In this document: one piece after another, positions 27,501 through 44,154 of the stretch
How the letters are laid out: every line of letters begins with the position of its first letter
How positions within the stretch are numbered: position 1 is the first letter of the stretch
Assembly: GCA_026023565.1 (NCBI GenBank)
Contig: JAPETS010000046.1
Coordinates: forward strand, 124,001 to 187,699
Origin: Cirrosporium novae-zelandiae
Taxonomy: Eukaryota
Length of the DNA: 63,699 bases
Reading direction: 5' to 3'
Notes under the pieces: model-generated
The model's database searches: none
What the model was told of the DNA's origin: nothing
What the model saw: only the letters and a program-made list of their open reading frames with translations
Translations under genes and position numbers: made by a program

Positions 27501-28836
27501 AGAAAGATAAGCAAGATAGGCATCAGCAGATATCAACTGCCGATGCACTTGAGGCCTCTGACAAAACTTGGATAGAAATTTCCGACGCAGCTTTGCTTCA
27601 AGAAGCTAGAACCTTTTTAGGCTTCTGTAGAAAGGCTAATATTCATTTGGGGACAAAGAGCAATTATGCGGATATTGATTATTCTTCTCTGCAAAACTGC
27701 CGTCCGAACTTAGGGGTCTCTATTCATTCAATGGGTATAGGATCATCAAGGATTGGCTTTTTCGGCGTCATGCCCACGGTGGAGACTCGCTATCCTTCCT
27801 CCTCTAAAGAAATGAGGGCAAATATAAAGCAAGATAACTTCGATGATATTATTTCTTGGATGCGTCTTCAGCCAACTATTCTGTATGATTCATCCAATCA
27901 GCGTGCGTGGCTTGTGTCCATGATTAGTGTCACCCTTCATATGGTCCATAAATGGATAGAAAGGAACGCACAAAATGTGAAGCTACCATACGCACACCCA
28001 ACTTGGAACGGGACCCAGGAGGCCTATAATATTCTTACTCAAAATCGTAATCTTGAATTAAGAAGATCGTCAGGCACTGCGAAGCCGTACCGTCTAAGGG
28101 ATTTAGTAAAACGGCTTTGGGCATTCCTACACGCATGTGATAACGGCAGACCCGGTACTGGAAGAAGGCCTTCTTTAAACACAGAGGGTGGACATCCCAG
28201 GGTTTTTGGCTGGGAGTTTATGGATATAGTCGAGGCTCGAGCTACAGCATATCTTGAAATGCGTCAGGAAACCTTAAACAACGGTGGCTGCGGATGGGAT
28301 CTCCTAACAAGAGATGTCTTAGTACTTACCTTCCAAAATCTTGCCGACGTGATTCTTCCAGCGGCGTCAGTCCCTCGTTGTTTCACTTGGAACCCTCCAG
28401 AAGCAGGAAGAAATGCCTTACCGCTAGCATAGCTTGCTTGCGAGAGATGTCAAGGAAACGAGGTTGCGGGAAATCGTGCACTCAGCTTACAGAACATGCC
28501 AGTTGGCAGCGTTCTGGATCGCACCTCTTCAGAAACTGCCATCATGAACGTACTAGGAGATGTCGCAAGATTCCCCAGCGCTTGTGTGGGAGACTAGATT
28601 CTCATATTCCTCGACTAAGACCTCCACCTCGAAAGGGGTCTGTCGTTTTTGGCATACCGCAGGATGTGCAAGAAAGTAATGGTACTACGCGACGTCTACA
28701 GAATATTCGTTGTATAGTTACCAGGGCTAGGAGTAGACTGGAAGACGATCTGGTGTAGACCGACCAGACCGAGGGCCTTGGTCTGGTTGGTCTGGTCTAT
28801 TCCTAACCCTGATAGTTGCGAGGTGGTTAAATTAAG
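24503..28836 (+). pseudogene. Large degenerate accessory gene: helical N-terminus, DUF7580-like region and a conserved unknown C-terminal domain
   Basis: Probable lost start ATA-TCA-AAC-TTT-AAA-GCA-TTA-GGT-GTC-GTG (resembles MSGFExxGVVL). Introns 24824-24882 and ~26963-27011. In-frame stops at 24949 (TGA), 26608 (TAG), 27485 (TAG); frameshift near 28420. Motifs QLCGTPWL, LIFALGILLIELW, EIAQEIVWLSTACR, GIELPFQMM, LYDSSNQRAWLV, GWEFMDIV. Confidence 0.75.
28722..28811. mobile_element. 90-bp hAT-type MITE / non-autonomous DNA transposon
   Basis: TIRs CAGGGCTAGGAGTAGAC / GTCTATTCCTAACCCTG (2 mismatches in 17), near-palindromic interior, flanked by 8-bp direct repeats ATAGTTAC (28714-28721) and ATAGTTGC (28812-28819). 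Confidence 0.8.
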
Positions 28837-29099
28837 ATTTCCTTTCGTTCCCTACTGAGGAATTCACCTAATCAAGCATCACCACAAGGGTCGGTCGGTC
28901 AACATGGTGTCGCACTCGTCATCCGGACCCATCCATTCCTTACGAAAATATTGTAGCAGCAAAATGGATGCAGTCCTGGGGATGTAGGCTACGTGTGAGA
29001 AGAGAACTGGTATGCAAGCTATAGATTGCGACTGAAGAGTTTATCTCCATCTTGCAAGGGAACTACTATCATCAGCAGCTTAAGTTTATGAGGCCCTAT

Positions 29100-31650
29100 T
29101 CTATATCTATAGATATCTATTCTTTATAAGTTGTCGGGGATTTGATCCTCTCTCTCTCTCTCTCTCTTCCCCCCTTTGTCATATGAAGAAGGATAATAGG
29201 AGGAGATTTCGTCAAAACAACAAAAATAATTGGTATGGAATTGGTGTGGATTAGGGAGCATAGGCATAAGGGTAGGGGTGGAGGCGACGGATATATAGAC
29301 GACAAAATAAAATGAATTACTGTATCGTCAAGGGGCATAGGGATAAGGGCACTTAAGGGAGGGGAGGAGATGGGGGGGGAGTTAAACGACTAAACAACTG
29401 ACCTAGCATATATATATCATATCCTCAACCCCCAACTGTTAGAAGGCAAGCCAACACTCTTACCTAACTAAGCCAAAAGGACGTGGGATCTCCGCTACTC
29501 GTGGAGATAACCCAGTGTAAAGATATATAACCTAGCTGCGCTATAACTAACCTAGCCACCCATTATCCACTCCCATTCATCACCCATTCCCACAACGGCC
29601 TCCCCCCCCCAACCCATTAATTCATCAAATCCCCATAAAATCCTCCAAGATTTGAAAGACCACAATAATAGTAATCCCAATCCTTTGAAGTTATTCAAGT
29701 CAAGAACAAACATACCACGCATGAAGAGAGCCGCAATGGGAAAAAATAAATATTTTTTTTAGGACGAGAAATAAGGGATATAGAGAATAGAGAATAGGGG
29801 ATTATATTTACTTACCGACTACCAAAGACTACCAAAAGAAAAAAAAAAAGAAAAAGAGGGGAAGAAAAAAGGTAAAAAAGGAGATAAAAAAATATAAGGA
29901 TAGGAGCCGTGTGTATATAAAAGAGAAATAAAAATATGAAACAAAAAAAAGAGAGAGAGAGAGAGAAAGTACTATATACATATAACCATATATAGAAAAT
30001 GCCAAAAGGAAAGACGAAACCCGCCCCCCTCTCTCTCTTACTCTCCCACTCACTCACTCACTCACGGGTGTTAATTAATCATACCCATATCCATTAAAGA
30101 AAGAAAAGGAAAAAAAGAAAAAGAATAAGGACAAGGACAAGGGGCATAGAGTATAAGTATAAGCATAAATATAACTTCTCTAGTTGATTTTCTTTTTTTT
30201 TTTTTTTCTTTTTTTGAATTATTTTTATCCCTCCCTCCCTCTATCCCCTATATATACATACATACATACATAGGTAGTTAATTAGTTAATTAATTAATTA
30301 ATAAGTTATTCTTCTTCCTTCCCTCCTCCACCACACAACCCCTATCCCAATATTTCCCCTTTCTTTAACCTCTACTTCACTTTCTTTCTTTCTCTCTTTT
30401 TTTTTTCTTTCTCGCATATATATACACACATACACATACACATACACACATACACACATACACACATACACACATACACACACACTATGTCTCTCTTTCT
30501 CTTCACCCCCCCTAAAAAGAAGCGAGGATTTTTATTATGTTAGGGGTAGAGAGCATAGCTAGGGTTATACAACACATGTACATGTATGTATATGTACATA
30601 TCCGACCATCGGGTTGGGTTGGCATGGTTGACACGGTTAAATATCCCTCCCTACTCACGTTGCAGATTAGACTAATTACGATATCCCCCACACATGCATC
30701 GGCTCAGCTTGGATAAATATGATAAGATAAGATAAGAGAAGAAGTCTTAGTTATGTTATTAGTTGATGGCTTTGTCATTAAACACCTTTAACACTAATAT
30801 TAAGAGCCATCTCATAACCATTGTTCTTTTTTTCTTTCTTTCGTTCTTCTTTTCTTTTTTGTTTTAATTTTTATTCTATTTCCTATTTTTCATTGTTGTT
30901 GTTATCACTATTGACTATGACCATGACTATTGACTACCCTAGTTAAACCACCTACCCTACATCTACCTATCTACTTGAAATAGTATAGGATAGTATAAGG
31001 TTGGGTAGGTTAGTATAGTGTAGAGTAGTGTGATGTAGTCCGTCAGGGAAGGGGGGGATGGGAGGGGTGTTGACAGGCCGATAATAGATGGATGGATGAA
31101 TTGACGGATGGATAATAGGATGGATAGGGTCGATGGGGTATAAAAATCCCCTCCTTTATCCTCCTCCTCTCTCCTCCCTTCCACTTTCCCTCCCCTTGCA
31201 ATTCCTCCTCTTGTAATCCCCCCTTTCAAAAATTCATCACAACCCGTAACCATAACCCCAGAAAATAATACCACTCCCCCACCACCATAACCATGAATGA
31301 ACAAATTCAAACCGCCCAAAAAGACACCAACCCCATTCCAGCCCTAGTTCAGCTGGCCCAAAAAAAGACGCCTTTACCTTGAGGTGATTTCTTTTTACCC
31401 AAGTATGCACATACATACATACATGCATGCATCATACGCATAAACATATATGGAAGCAAGCAAGGGAATGGATTATTTTTTTTAAGTACATACAAGTTAA
31501 GCAGAAAAAAATTTTGAATAGAAAAAAAGGTCCTTGGTAGATGCATGGATGCATGGATGCCCCCGCCTTTTCCTTTCCCGGATCAAGTAATGGGATGAAA
31601 ATATATTTTTTACAAGAAAAATGGGTGGGTGCAGTGTAGGGTGATTGGCT
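29100..31650. repeat. AT-rich microsatellite island
   Basis: (CT)n, (GA)n, (CACT)n, (CACATA)n/(CACACATA)n at ~30420-30485, (GATAA)n, poly-T. Confidence 0.85.
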
Positions 31651-32355
31651 GCCGATAGAGCTGCTGGCTAACTAGCTAATTGGCGGCGAGGAGCCCAAAC
31701 ACCCACAACCACGTTCAAGGGATCGATATTAAGTCGATCGATTCCAAGCCGCATTTCATTGGATTGGATCATGGTGGATATATCTCCAAGTTGAGCTGAT
31801 GGCATAAAAGTGGATGGATCGTGGTGCTTGCGTATGCCTCAAAGGATAGCCAGAATGATGATAGATCGGATGAGTGCACGACATCCGTATTGGATGCAAG
31901 TTTGATGCCAAGTGAATAACAGGTATTTTGTCCTGGAGTCACAAGCGACTTGACGAGGGAATAATCGTAGATGATAATGAGCAATCCGTAGGGCAACTAA
32001 TAAAAGACAAACACTATTCATAGACGCCGTGACTTTCGTAGACGTCATAGCTTTGTCTTGTAAAATCGAGTGTTCTTCCTGGTGTCTGAAATACTCAAAT
32101 GTCTGAAATTGGTCGACGGTCATGTTTCAGCATTCGAGTGTCATGACGCAGTCGAAAACACCATAATAGCACCAGAATCATGATCAAAACTCGCAACTAA
32201 TGCATCAACAAATCATATCATGCCAAAGATGCAATGGCCCATGGAATCGTAGGTATAATTATCATCGAAACGAGTCAAAGTATATGATCGTCATTATAGC
32301 GCAAAGCCGTTGTATGTCCGTCTCATCTTCATTCAAGCATCGTGTCGGTTGTTGC

Positions 32356-36646
<4,291 letters not shown>

Positions 36647-37635
36647 TCAAAGGTAACTTCTCGTCGATGTGTGTCGCATCTGTGCAGGCTACTGGTTGGG
36701 GGAATCGAGAGGAATGGTGTAACGGCGAACTCCGATTGAGGCAAGGCAAGGCGCTGGCTACTGGGGCATATGCTGCCACTTACAGCGCCGCGCAAGAAAT
36801 GAAGTCGGCGATGCAAAGAGGGACGATGGTCTGTATGAACAGAGGGTCAATGTCGAGGTTGAAGGTGAAAGGACTTGGGGTGTCGTGAGTAAGGTAATCG
36901 TCTTCTCAACGGAGCCGATCGAGGTTTCGATAACGATACCAAAAGAAGCTAGAGGGGGGCTTAGTGCCTTACAACTTGGCTTAGCGCAAGTAATGGAGTG
37001 ACAATCCAAAAGCACAGACCCACCACAACAAGACTCTTGATTTGAAGTCGACGAACTGCACGAATTAATTAATACACACCCAACTTGCCTCCATCCACTA
37101 GAAAATAGTCTATGAGCACTGCTGCATTGATTGACGTCGATGTCGTATGTGTAGAGTACTTTAGTAACAAATGAGCACTAGACTGCACCCAGACCACTGC
37201 AATAAGTGTATCTGGATATTACCACCTTGATGTCACAATGCACCATATCATATTTAGAAATTACATTCTACAAGATAGGAATATCCACTGCTCCCTCCTA
37301 TTTACGAGAGAAACCCTTCTCGGAGAATATCTCTATTTTTTGTGCGACAAACCACTGTCTTACGTTTACCCGTAGTCCGTTTCTACATGAAACACATGCC
37401 AAAATAACCCAGCCGAAGGGCCGATTATAAACACACATGGAATTGCGAGATCGCACCCTCGCATCCTATCACCATTTCCAAAATGTCTCATACATAATCA
37501 TATCGTAACACTTGCAGTTGTGAAAATCCCTTAGACGCTGAATATTTCTCATCATATGAACAACAAATGGAAAGCCAAATACACAGAATACAGGCTAGGT
37601 ATCTTAACAAAAGTTATAATCACATCCATCATTCC

Positions 37636-40258
37636 TCAATAGTCAGTCAGCCGCAATCGTTTCCCTATCGTTCGTCGATATGTTTGTCTTTCAGGTTTCT
37701 CTTTGTGATGATCATCCTTGAGGGCATGCAGCAGCATTCCTGAATCGAAAAAACCATCTGCGCAAGGTTAATTGGCAACTATTTCAAAATCACATCTAAT
37801 CGGAAATGACTTACATCCTCCCATACCATCCTCATCACTCTCTGATGTGCTATGGTGTAACAGAGTCTCGGGTGTCTTGACGTCTTCAGATTTGATAATG
37901 CGCGGCTGATGAGATTTCATGACGCCAGCAAGGCTCGGTCTAAGCTCGAGCTCCCGAGCACGGCTGGCCTTGGGGCTAGAACTCTTCCGCTGCGTTGCCC
38001 GTAGCAATTTGCGGATCTCCGAAAGATAACTTTCGATAGCATCGACAAATCGCTTTGTCTGTCTGTGCTTGCTAGAAGCGCAAATGGAGAGGGAATCCTC
38101 TTTGATAATATAACCGATACCAAATCCATCTCCTGAGGTTGGTCCAAACCCGAAATGACGGAGTGACGGGTTTCCACAGTTGGATGTTGAGATGATGGTG
38201 TTGTTTAACCTATCCCAACCCGAATCGGAGAAGATGGCAGGCGTAGAGGTAGTCACACTGCGTGCCTGAGACCCATCGTCTGAAAGAATAGATGACCGTT
38301 TCGGGGGAGAGCCAACCTCGGAAGTGCCGTCCACCGGACTAGAGTACCCATTGGAACTCATTCCGTTGCTTGCAAGATCTGCCTCGTCGTCATTTACACT
38401 GCGCTGCCAGAGACAGTAAAGGGCGTAGAGGTGACGGTCTTGTCCTTGTGCTTTCGCACATTCTTTGGTGGTAGCTACATGTTTTTGGCAGGCCCTCTTC
38501 AAGGCGTCTACCTTTGTGTAAGCAGGATTGTCTGCCCAGAATGTTTTAATGAAATTGCTAGACTCCTCGCTCACTGATCGAATGGCTTCCGTTCGGCCAT
38601 GGAGGTAAGCCTTGGTCATCGCCGGCTCGTAGGTGCTTTCTACTCGCCCATACAACCCAAAATAAGCTGCTTGGAAAGCCATCTGAACAAATGCATCTGG
38701 TGAAAATCCCATCGAGGTGATGAAGTTCTTTCCATACGAATCAAAATCGAGAGTTTCAAACTCATTCTGCTCTATCAGGTCGGCCAAGCGTGTCTCAGCA
38801 AAGCGCAAGGCGATTCCGAGTTCCGGAACCATATTCCAAACGAGTTTGTGGGGTATGGTGCTGACGTCGCCGAAGCTAGCAGGATCCCGCTTCGAAGGGT
38901 CAGGGCTCGTGGATGCCCAGAGACTTGGTGCTTTGCCGTTGATAGTTTTGGCAAATCGCAGTATGGTATCGGTATAGACATCACTGGCAAAACGAAGGAC
39001 GGTATGGCCATCGACCCCGGTATGTTCAAAGTTGATACCTGCGCTGCCATTTTTGCAAACAATAATCTGCAGCTTGTCGTACCAACGGTTGGTGCAGGTA
39101 CCAATCTGCACACCTTTCTCAATCTCGCTGGTCCCGCAAAGCATATTGCCACAAAGCTGTGACATGTTCTTTGGCTCAGCATAGTCCAGACAGAGGACGA
39201 AGAGGGCCGAATCCACGATGCCAAGACATTCTGAGTTGTTGGATCCCTCCACTCTTGTCAGAACGTCTCTCAAGCCGGACCAGACTTTTCTGTTCTCTGT
39301 GCTCAGGACGCCCAGGGCTCCTTTGGCTGCCTCTTGAATGGGAGTCTCCTGGGCATCGGCAACGATGGCTTGCAGGTTAAGAGCGACATCCTTTTCGGTC
39401 ATGATAATATCTGAATTGTCATCAAGGACATCGAACCAGTAGAATTGACCACGGCATATGACAACAATATGCTTTGCGTTCGGGTCCTGACCGATCATAC
39501 AGCCATTTTCTGTTGGAATCCGAGCAGTCCCAAAGAGTCGAGAATACTGGAACATGCAAAGCGGAGTTCCTCGAACATTGTCAGGGGGAAGTTCCTCTTT
39601 CCTCACGGCACGAACAAAAGAGAGGGCAGAAATGACAAGTGATGCCGCTCTCGTAACCTGGTTGTTTCGAGCAGGGGTAGGATCATCCTCCAGGAGGAAA
39701 AATGGATTTAAATTGAGGACAACGGCTGGTTCTTTGTTAGCATATTGAAAATGCATAAAGAATTAAAAAACCCACGATTGTCAAAATTGAGATATGAATC
39801 ATACCCTGGTACGGATGGTTAGAAATCAATAGGGGTTAACGGGATGGAGGAGAGGAGCACTTACAGAATTGCTCAATGTAACTGGTTTTCCCTGTGGCAT
39901 ACCTCTTCAGCCTTTCTTGCAATTCTGGTCCCTCGGACCTCAAAAAATCTTGTACAGCCGCCTCGGTATCTGCATTTTCTCTAGGAGACTGGAGTGGTTT
40001 GAGTGCCTCAAGATATTTTTTGCAGGTGCTCTCGAGGTCGGGGATTGGGAGTTTGGGAAGCTTGTCTTGTGCCGCAAATGTAATCCCTGGTTCTCGTTTT
40101 TGGCCACTGTTTGCTAGGGGCTCCTGGGAATATTTGGGGAAAGACTCCTTGACATCAGTCGCCGCAGCGCTGGATCGATTCATGTCTGATGATGGTGACA
40201 CTGAAATGGCGAGAGATTGGTTCAAGGACATAGGAACGGTGAATGTTTTGACTGCCAT
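37636..40258 (-). CDS. facC: Carnitine O-acetyltransferase, FacC/Yat1 type
   Basis: Introns 39806-39864, 39726-39775 (flanking a 30-nt exon WYDSYLNFDNP) and 37758-37814. Motifs LPKLPIPDL, NRWYDK, catalytic NFEHTGVDG, SPDAFVQMAFQ, GRTE, STSN, GFGIGY; C-terminus GKRLRLTDY without a PTS1. Confidence 0.93.
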
Positions 40259-42182
40259 GATGAAAGGAGGATCTAGTCAGTTACGCGTGTAGAGGAGAGA
40301 CAAGTGTGGAGATTGAGAGGAGCTTCAGCTTCGAACGGTAAAAGTAATGACAATCTTGGAAAAAGTAGCACGGCATTGGGGAGCACCAGAAGTCAAGCTG
40401 AGAACATCTGGGGGGCAGAGCTCTTTAAGGGAAGTTCTTGCTATCAGATCAAGCTTGAAGCTGTGAAAGGATCATGGGGTAAGCAAGAAGAGGTCGGGCG
40501 TTTATAATGCCTCATAGACCAAATGAGCTAATATGTGGGCAGTCTGGGGGGATGCAAGGGTGTGAAAGACCAAAGCTAGCCGATAATCAATCCCGCAAGG
40601 TCAAAAAAAGAAAGCAGCTTGCAGTATTCGTGATTAAAATGGGAAAAAGATTAAACACACAGACTCACAGACCTAGTAAGCCTTCCAGAGGTGGGCCCGT
40701 TCGGGAGTCCGGAGACCTGGGCCTCTATAACCAAATTGGTAATCACTCAGTTGGAGTTGTGTGAGTCGAATAGGATGTCTTGAGTCTGGACGTTTGGGAT
40801 GGTATACTTGGTTGTACACGTCTTATCCAATGTACTGTGATGGATCTCTCAATTTTTGGTTCTTGAGGGTTGTCTTTTTGTTGGGTCAGTGGGCCAATCT
40901 TTTAATCAAGACGTCAGAAATGTGATAGCAACAGGTGGGGATACGCATACGAATGTAGAAGAGGCGACTAGGTGATGGAGGGCGGATGACGCTGGCACGC
41001 ATCAACGGCTCCGGACCAGTGGAAGTCTCGGAGCAATATTTCTGTTTGTGGATAGTTTTCTAGCATATGGCCACCATGAACGGACAAGAGGAATTTTAGA
41101 GCATCTACTTTTTTTGGATAAGAACCTGAGAACCTGGGACCTGACGACTGCGGTTCTTTATTCCGCGGGGTTTAATGTTCATATTAATGCCGAGCCCTTG
41201 TTATCTTGTACCATGTGCTTGCTTCCCCAGACCCTACTAACTGGAACATGCGGGGGGGATAAAGGACCAGGACTAGGACCAGGACCAGGACCAGGACAAG
41301 GCCAAGGGAACCAAAACCCCATTATCATTTCATCCTTTCTTATCTTTTCAGCCTCTTGATTATGTTTTATTTTTTATTTTTTTATTTTATTTTTGAAAAT
41401 TTTTGAAAATTTTTCACGTCAGATAGTATATCTCAAACCTTACTGTCTTTACCTTTCCCATGGTAGATCTAACCTCGGAATACAATACTCTCGACCTAGG
41501 TTATCAGTAGGAACACAATTCATGCACGTTCGTATCTATGCCAAGCTTTGCTGTGGGTTGTCGTCCCGGAGGATCGGAGGAATGCCAGCAAATAATACCC
41601 AAAAGGCCTCAGCCGTCCCTTCTGGAACGCCTGCCCCACGTGTTGGGCTAATCATTGCTAAACATTGCATCAACCCATCAACCCATCAACCGTTGGTCCT
41701 AGACTCCCAACTACCCGACTGTCAAATCCAAGCACATAGTTTATGACAGCTATCATACCGCTCCTCCAGGCATTAGACAAACCCACTTTACGTCATTCTC
41801 CCGAGGGTAACCAAGCCCTTTATCAAGAGACGCCCGTTACCCACCATCTACACACCTCCACAATGAACCTACAAGAAAACGAATGAACTGATTTATGAGT
41901 TGATCAAGGGTCAAGACCCGATCTTGAATTCGTCTAACTAACAGAAATGGGGATGCCAAAAACCTAAGAGCCCCATACACACAGAGAGATATGACTCGGA
42001 ATTCGACGAGGGTAAACGTGCCGGACGAGTTACCACTCACTTTCGTAAAAATGCTCAACATGTCATCTGGCTAAAGAAGAGCCTTTTTGGAGAATGATAA
42101 AAAATACCCATGGATACCAGTCCGACAACAACCTACCGACACCGTCGCCATGCAAGATGCAATTCCGGAGATGACAAGTCAT

Positions 42183-43436
42183 CTACGAGGAGAGGTCGGG
42201 AGAGGACACGGTGGGGCGTCCAAGAGAACTATGTACAGCGGTGTACTCGCCAGCCCAGTTGCCTAAAATTGTCATGTTAGTTTTCATCTACGCGTTGAAG
42301 CTCAAGAGACACTTACCTGCGGGATAGTAATTGCAGACGGTGAAATAAGGTTCAACACCCATATCGTTACCGTCGGAGTCCTTCAGTCCACCGGAGCAGT
42401 ATTGTGTAGCACATCCAACGGTTTCAGTGGTGTCCCAGACGATCCTGGATTGATGTTAGTGGTGCGCTGTTAGAGATTCTACATGCAACTTACTGAGAGA
42501 AATGGCCCCAGCTTTCAAAGTTGGTCATGTCGGGAGAGTCTTCGCCGTAGAGGTCGGTATAGTACCCAACCTCGCTATTGTAGAAGAGGTTGGAGATAGC
42601 TTGTCCAATGTTGACGGTAGCAACACCACCAGCGATGTTCTGACCGTACCCACCGCCGCCAGTGGTACTGGGAACAATGTTAACATCCGTTTACGGAACA
42701 CACGGTGAAAAACTTACGTATCATGCTCATAGACGCAAGAAGAAGCAATGGTCGCGGCGATGGAAGCAAGAGTGCTGTTCCATGTCAAGTCGCTATCAGT
42801 GTGATTGGCACGATGGACGTTGTGATGGTAGAGAGCTCGGCTTTCGTAATCATCACCACCATCGATGGTACCACTTGGAATGGCAGAAGATGAAGTCGAA
42901 GTGGCTGCAACATTAACGGCAACATCAGGGGTCTCGGAGATGACGACAGACTCGGAAGAGGACTCTGCGGTAGAAGTCACAGCAGCGGCGGTAGAGGTCG
43001 AGGCAGCAACGGTAATGGTCTGAACAGCAGCCGTGGTGACGGGGGCAACATATGTGGCGGCAGCCTCAGAAGTACTCTCGGCTACGGTGGATACCACGAC
43101 AACCTGGGTATTGGCAGAAGGGGTGGCTACAGAACTAACTTCAGTAACCGAAGACGGAGTAGCTGACGGATGAGATTGCTGAGGTTGATGCCACCAGTAG
43201 TTCTCGAAGTCGCCGATGGAAGAGCTAGACAAACCTTGAACAATGATAGTTGTGGTGGAAGCGGTTTCGCTGACAACGACCTCAGGGGCAGTGGCTGTCA
43301 CGTAGACGGTCACTGTGACGATATCCAGGTCGGTCACAACGTCCTCGTGGACTTCCATAAAGGGAGCAAAGCGCTTGAGTGGAGAGGCCAAGGCCCCAAC
43401 ACTGAGAAGAGCAGAGAGCAGGGTTGAAGTATGCAT
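42183..43436 (-). CDS. Secreted CAP/SCP (PR-1/Pry-like) protein with Ser/Thr-rich linker
   Basis: Signal peptide MHTSTLLSALLSVGALA, dibasic KR; introns 42668-42717, 42445-42493, 42263-42316. CAP motifs HNVHRANH, GQNIA, WGHFSQIVW, VGCA, TVCNYYPAGN; TAG at 42185-42183. Confidence 0.93.
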
Positions 43437-44115
43437 CTTTACTCAAAGTAAGGTATCGATATTGGTTAAGATTTGTTTGGTTGTTGTTTGGATGACGTTG
43501 ATAAAATGATCACAGATCACAGTTTCGCAGTTGATAATGATTGGGGCTTGACTTGACGATCCCAGTCAGTAAGGTCAGTTAGTTTTGAGATCCTCTTGCC
43601 AGGAGGTGAAGTTTCTTTTTTTTTTTTTTTTTTGAAAGAATGAATGAAGTGAAGTGAGTTGATGGAGAAAGAAGAGACGAAGGAGAGCAAGTTGAAGGTA
43701 TTTATCCTCCCAGAAGTTGAATGAAGGGATATTGGTAAATGTAATTTAAAAAGAAGGAAAATATTTGGTGTTGTGTTGTGGAGTTATGGCTTTATTTTTG
43801 TTATGTGACTTTGACTTACTTCGTGAAGCTTGGTGATTCGTGGACGTACGACGTCGGAGATTTGTCGAATAGAAGGACTGACTGGCAGCTTGAACACACT
43901 TAAGAGAGTGAAAGTGTGGTAAAGTGCTGGAAGGATGAAAACGGCAGGTTACCGATGAAAAGAATGAAGGGTAAGGTCGTAAAAAGCCCGTGTGTGTGTG
44001 GGTGAGGAGAAAAAAAAGAAGAGAAGAGAGTGTGGTTTGACGGAATGGCTGTAAATAAAGTAGTCAGCAATGGAGAGGACGGAAAGTGATGCGTACTGTA
44101 GAGTGAGAGAGAGGA

Positions 44116-44154
44116 GGTACTAGGTACTAGGTACTAGGTACTAGGTACTAGGTA
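44116..44154 (+). repeat. (GGTACTA)~5.5 tandem repeat
   Basis: Directly visible. Confidence 0.9.

Noticed and set aside
40690..41810. FacB-like (TCC-N8-GGA ~41010) and FarA-like (CCTCGG/CCGAGG ~41473, ~41801) sites upstream of facC
   Set aside because: Biologically plausible, but too short and degenerate to exceed chance without conservation data.
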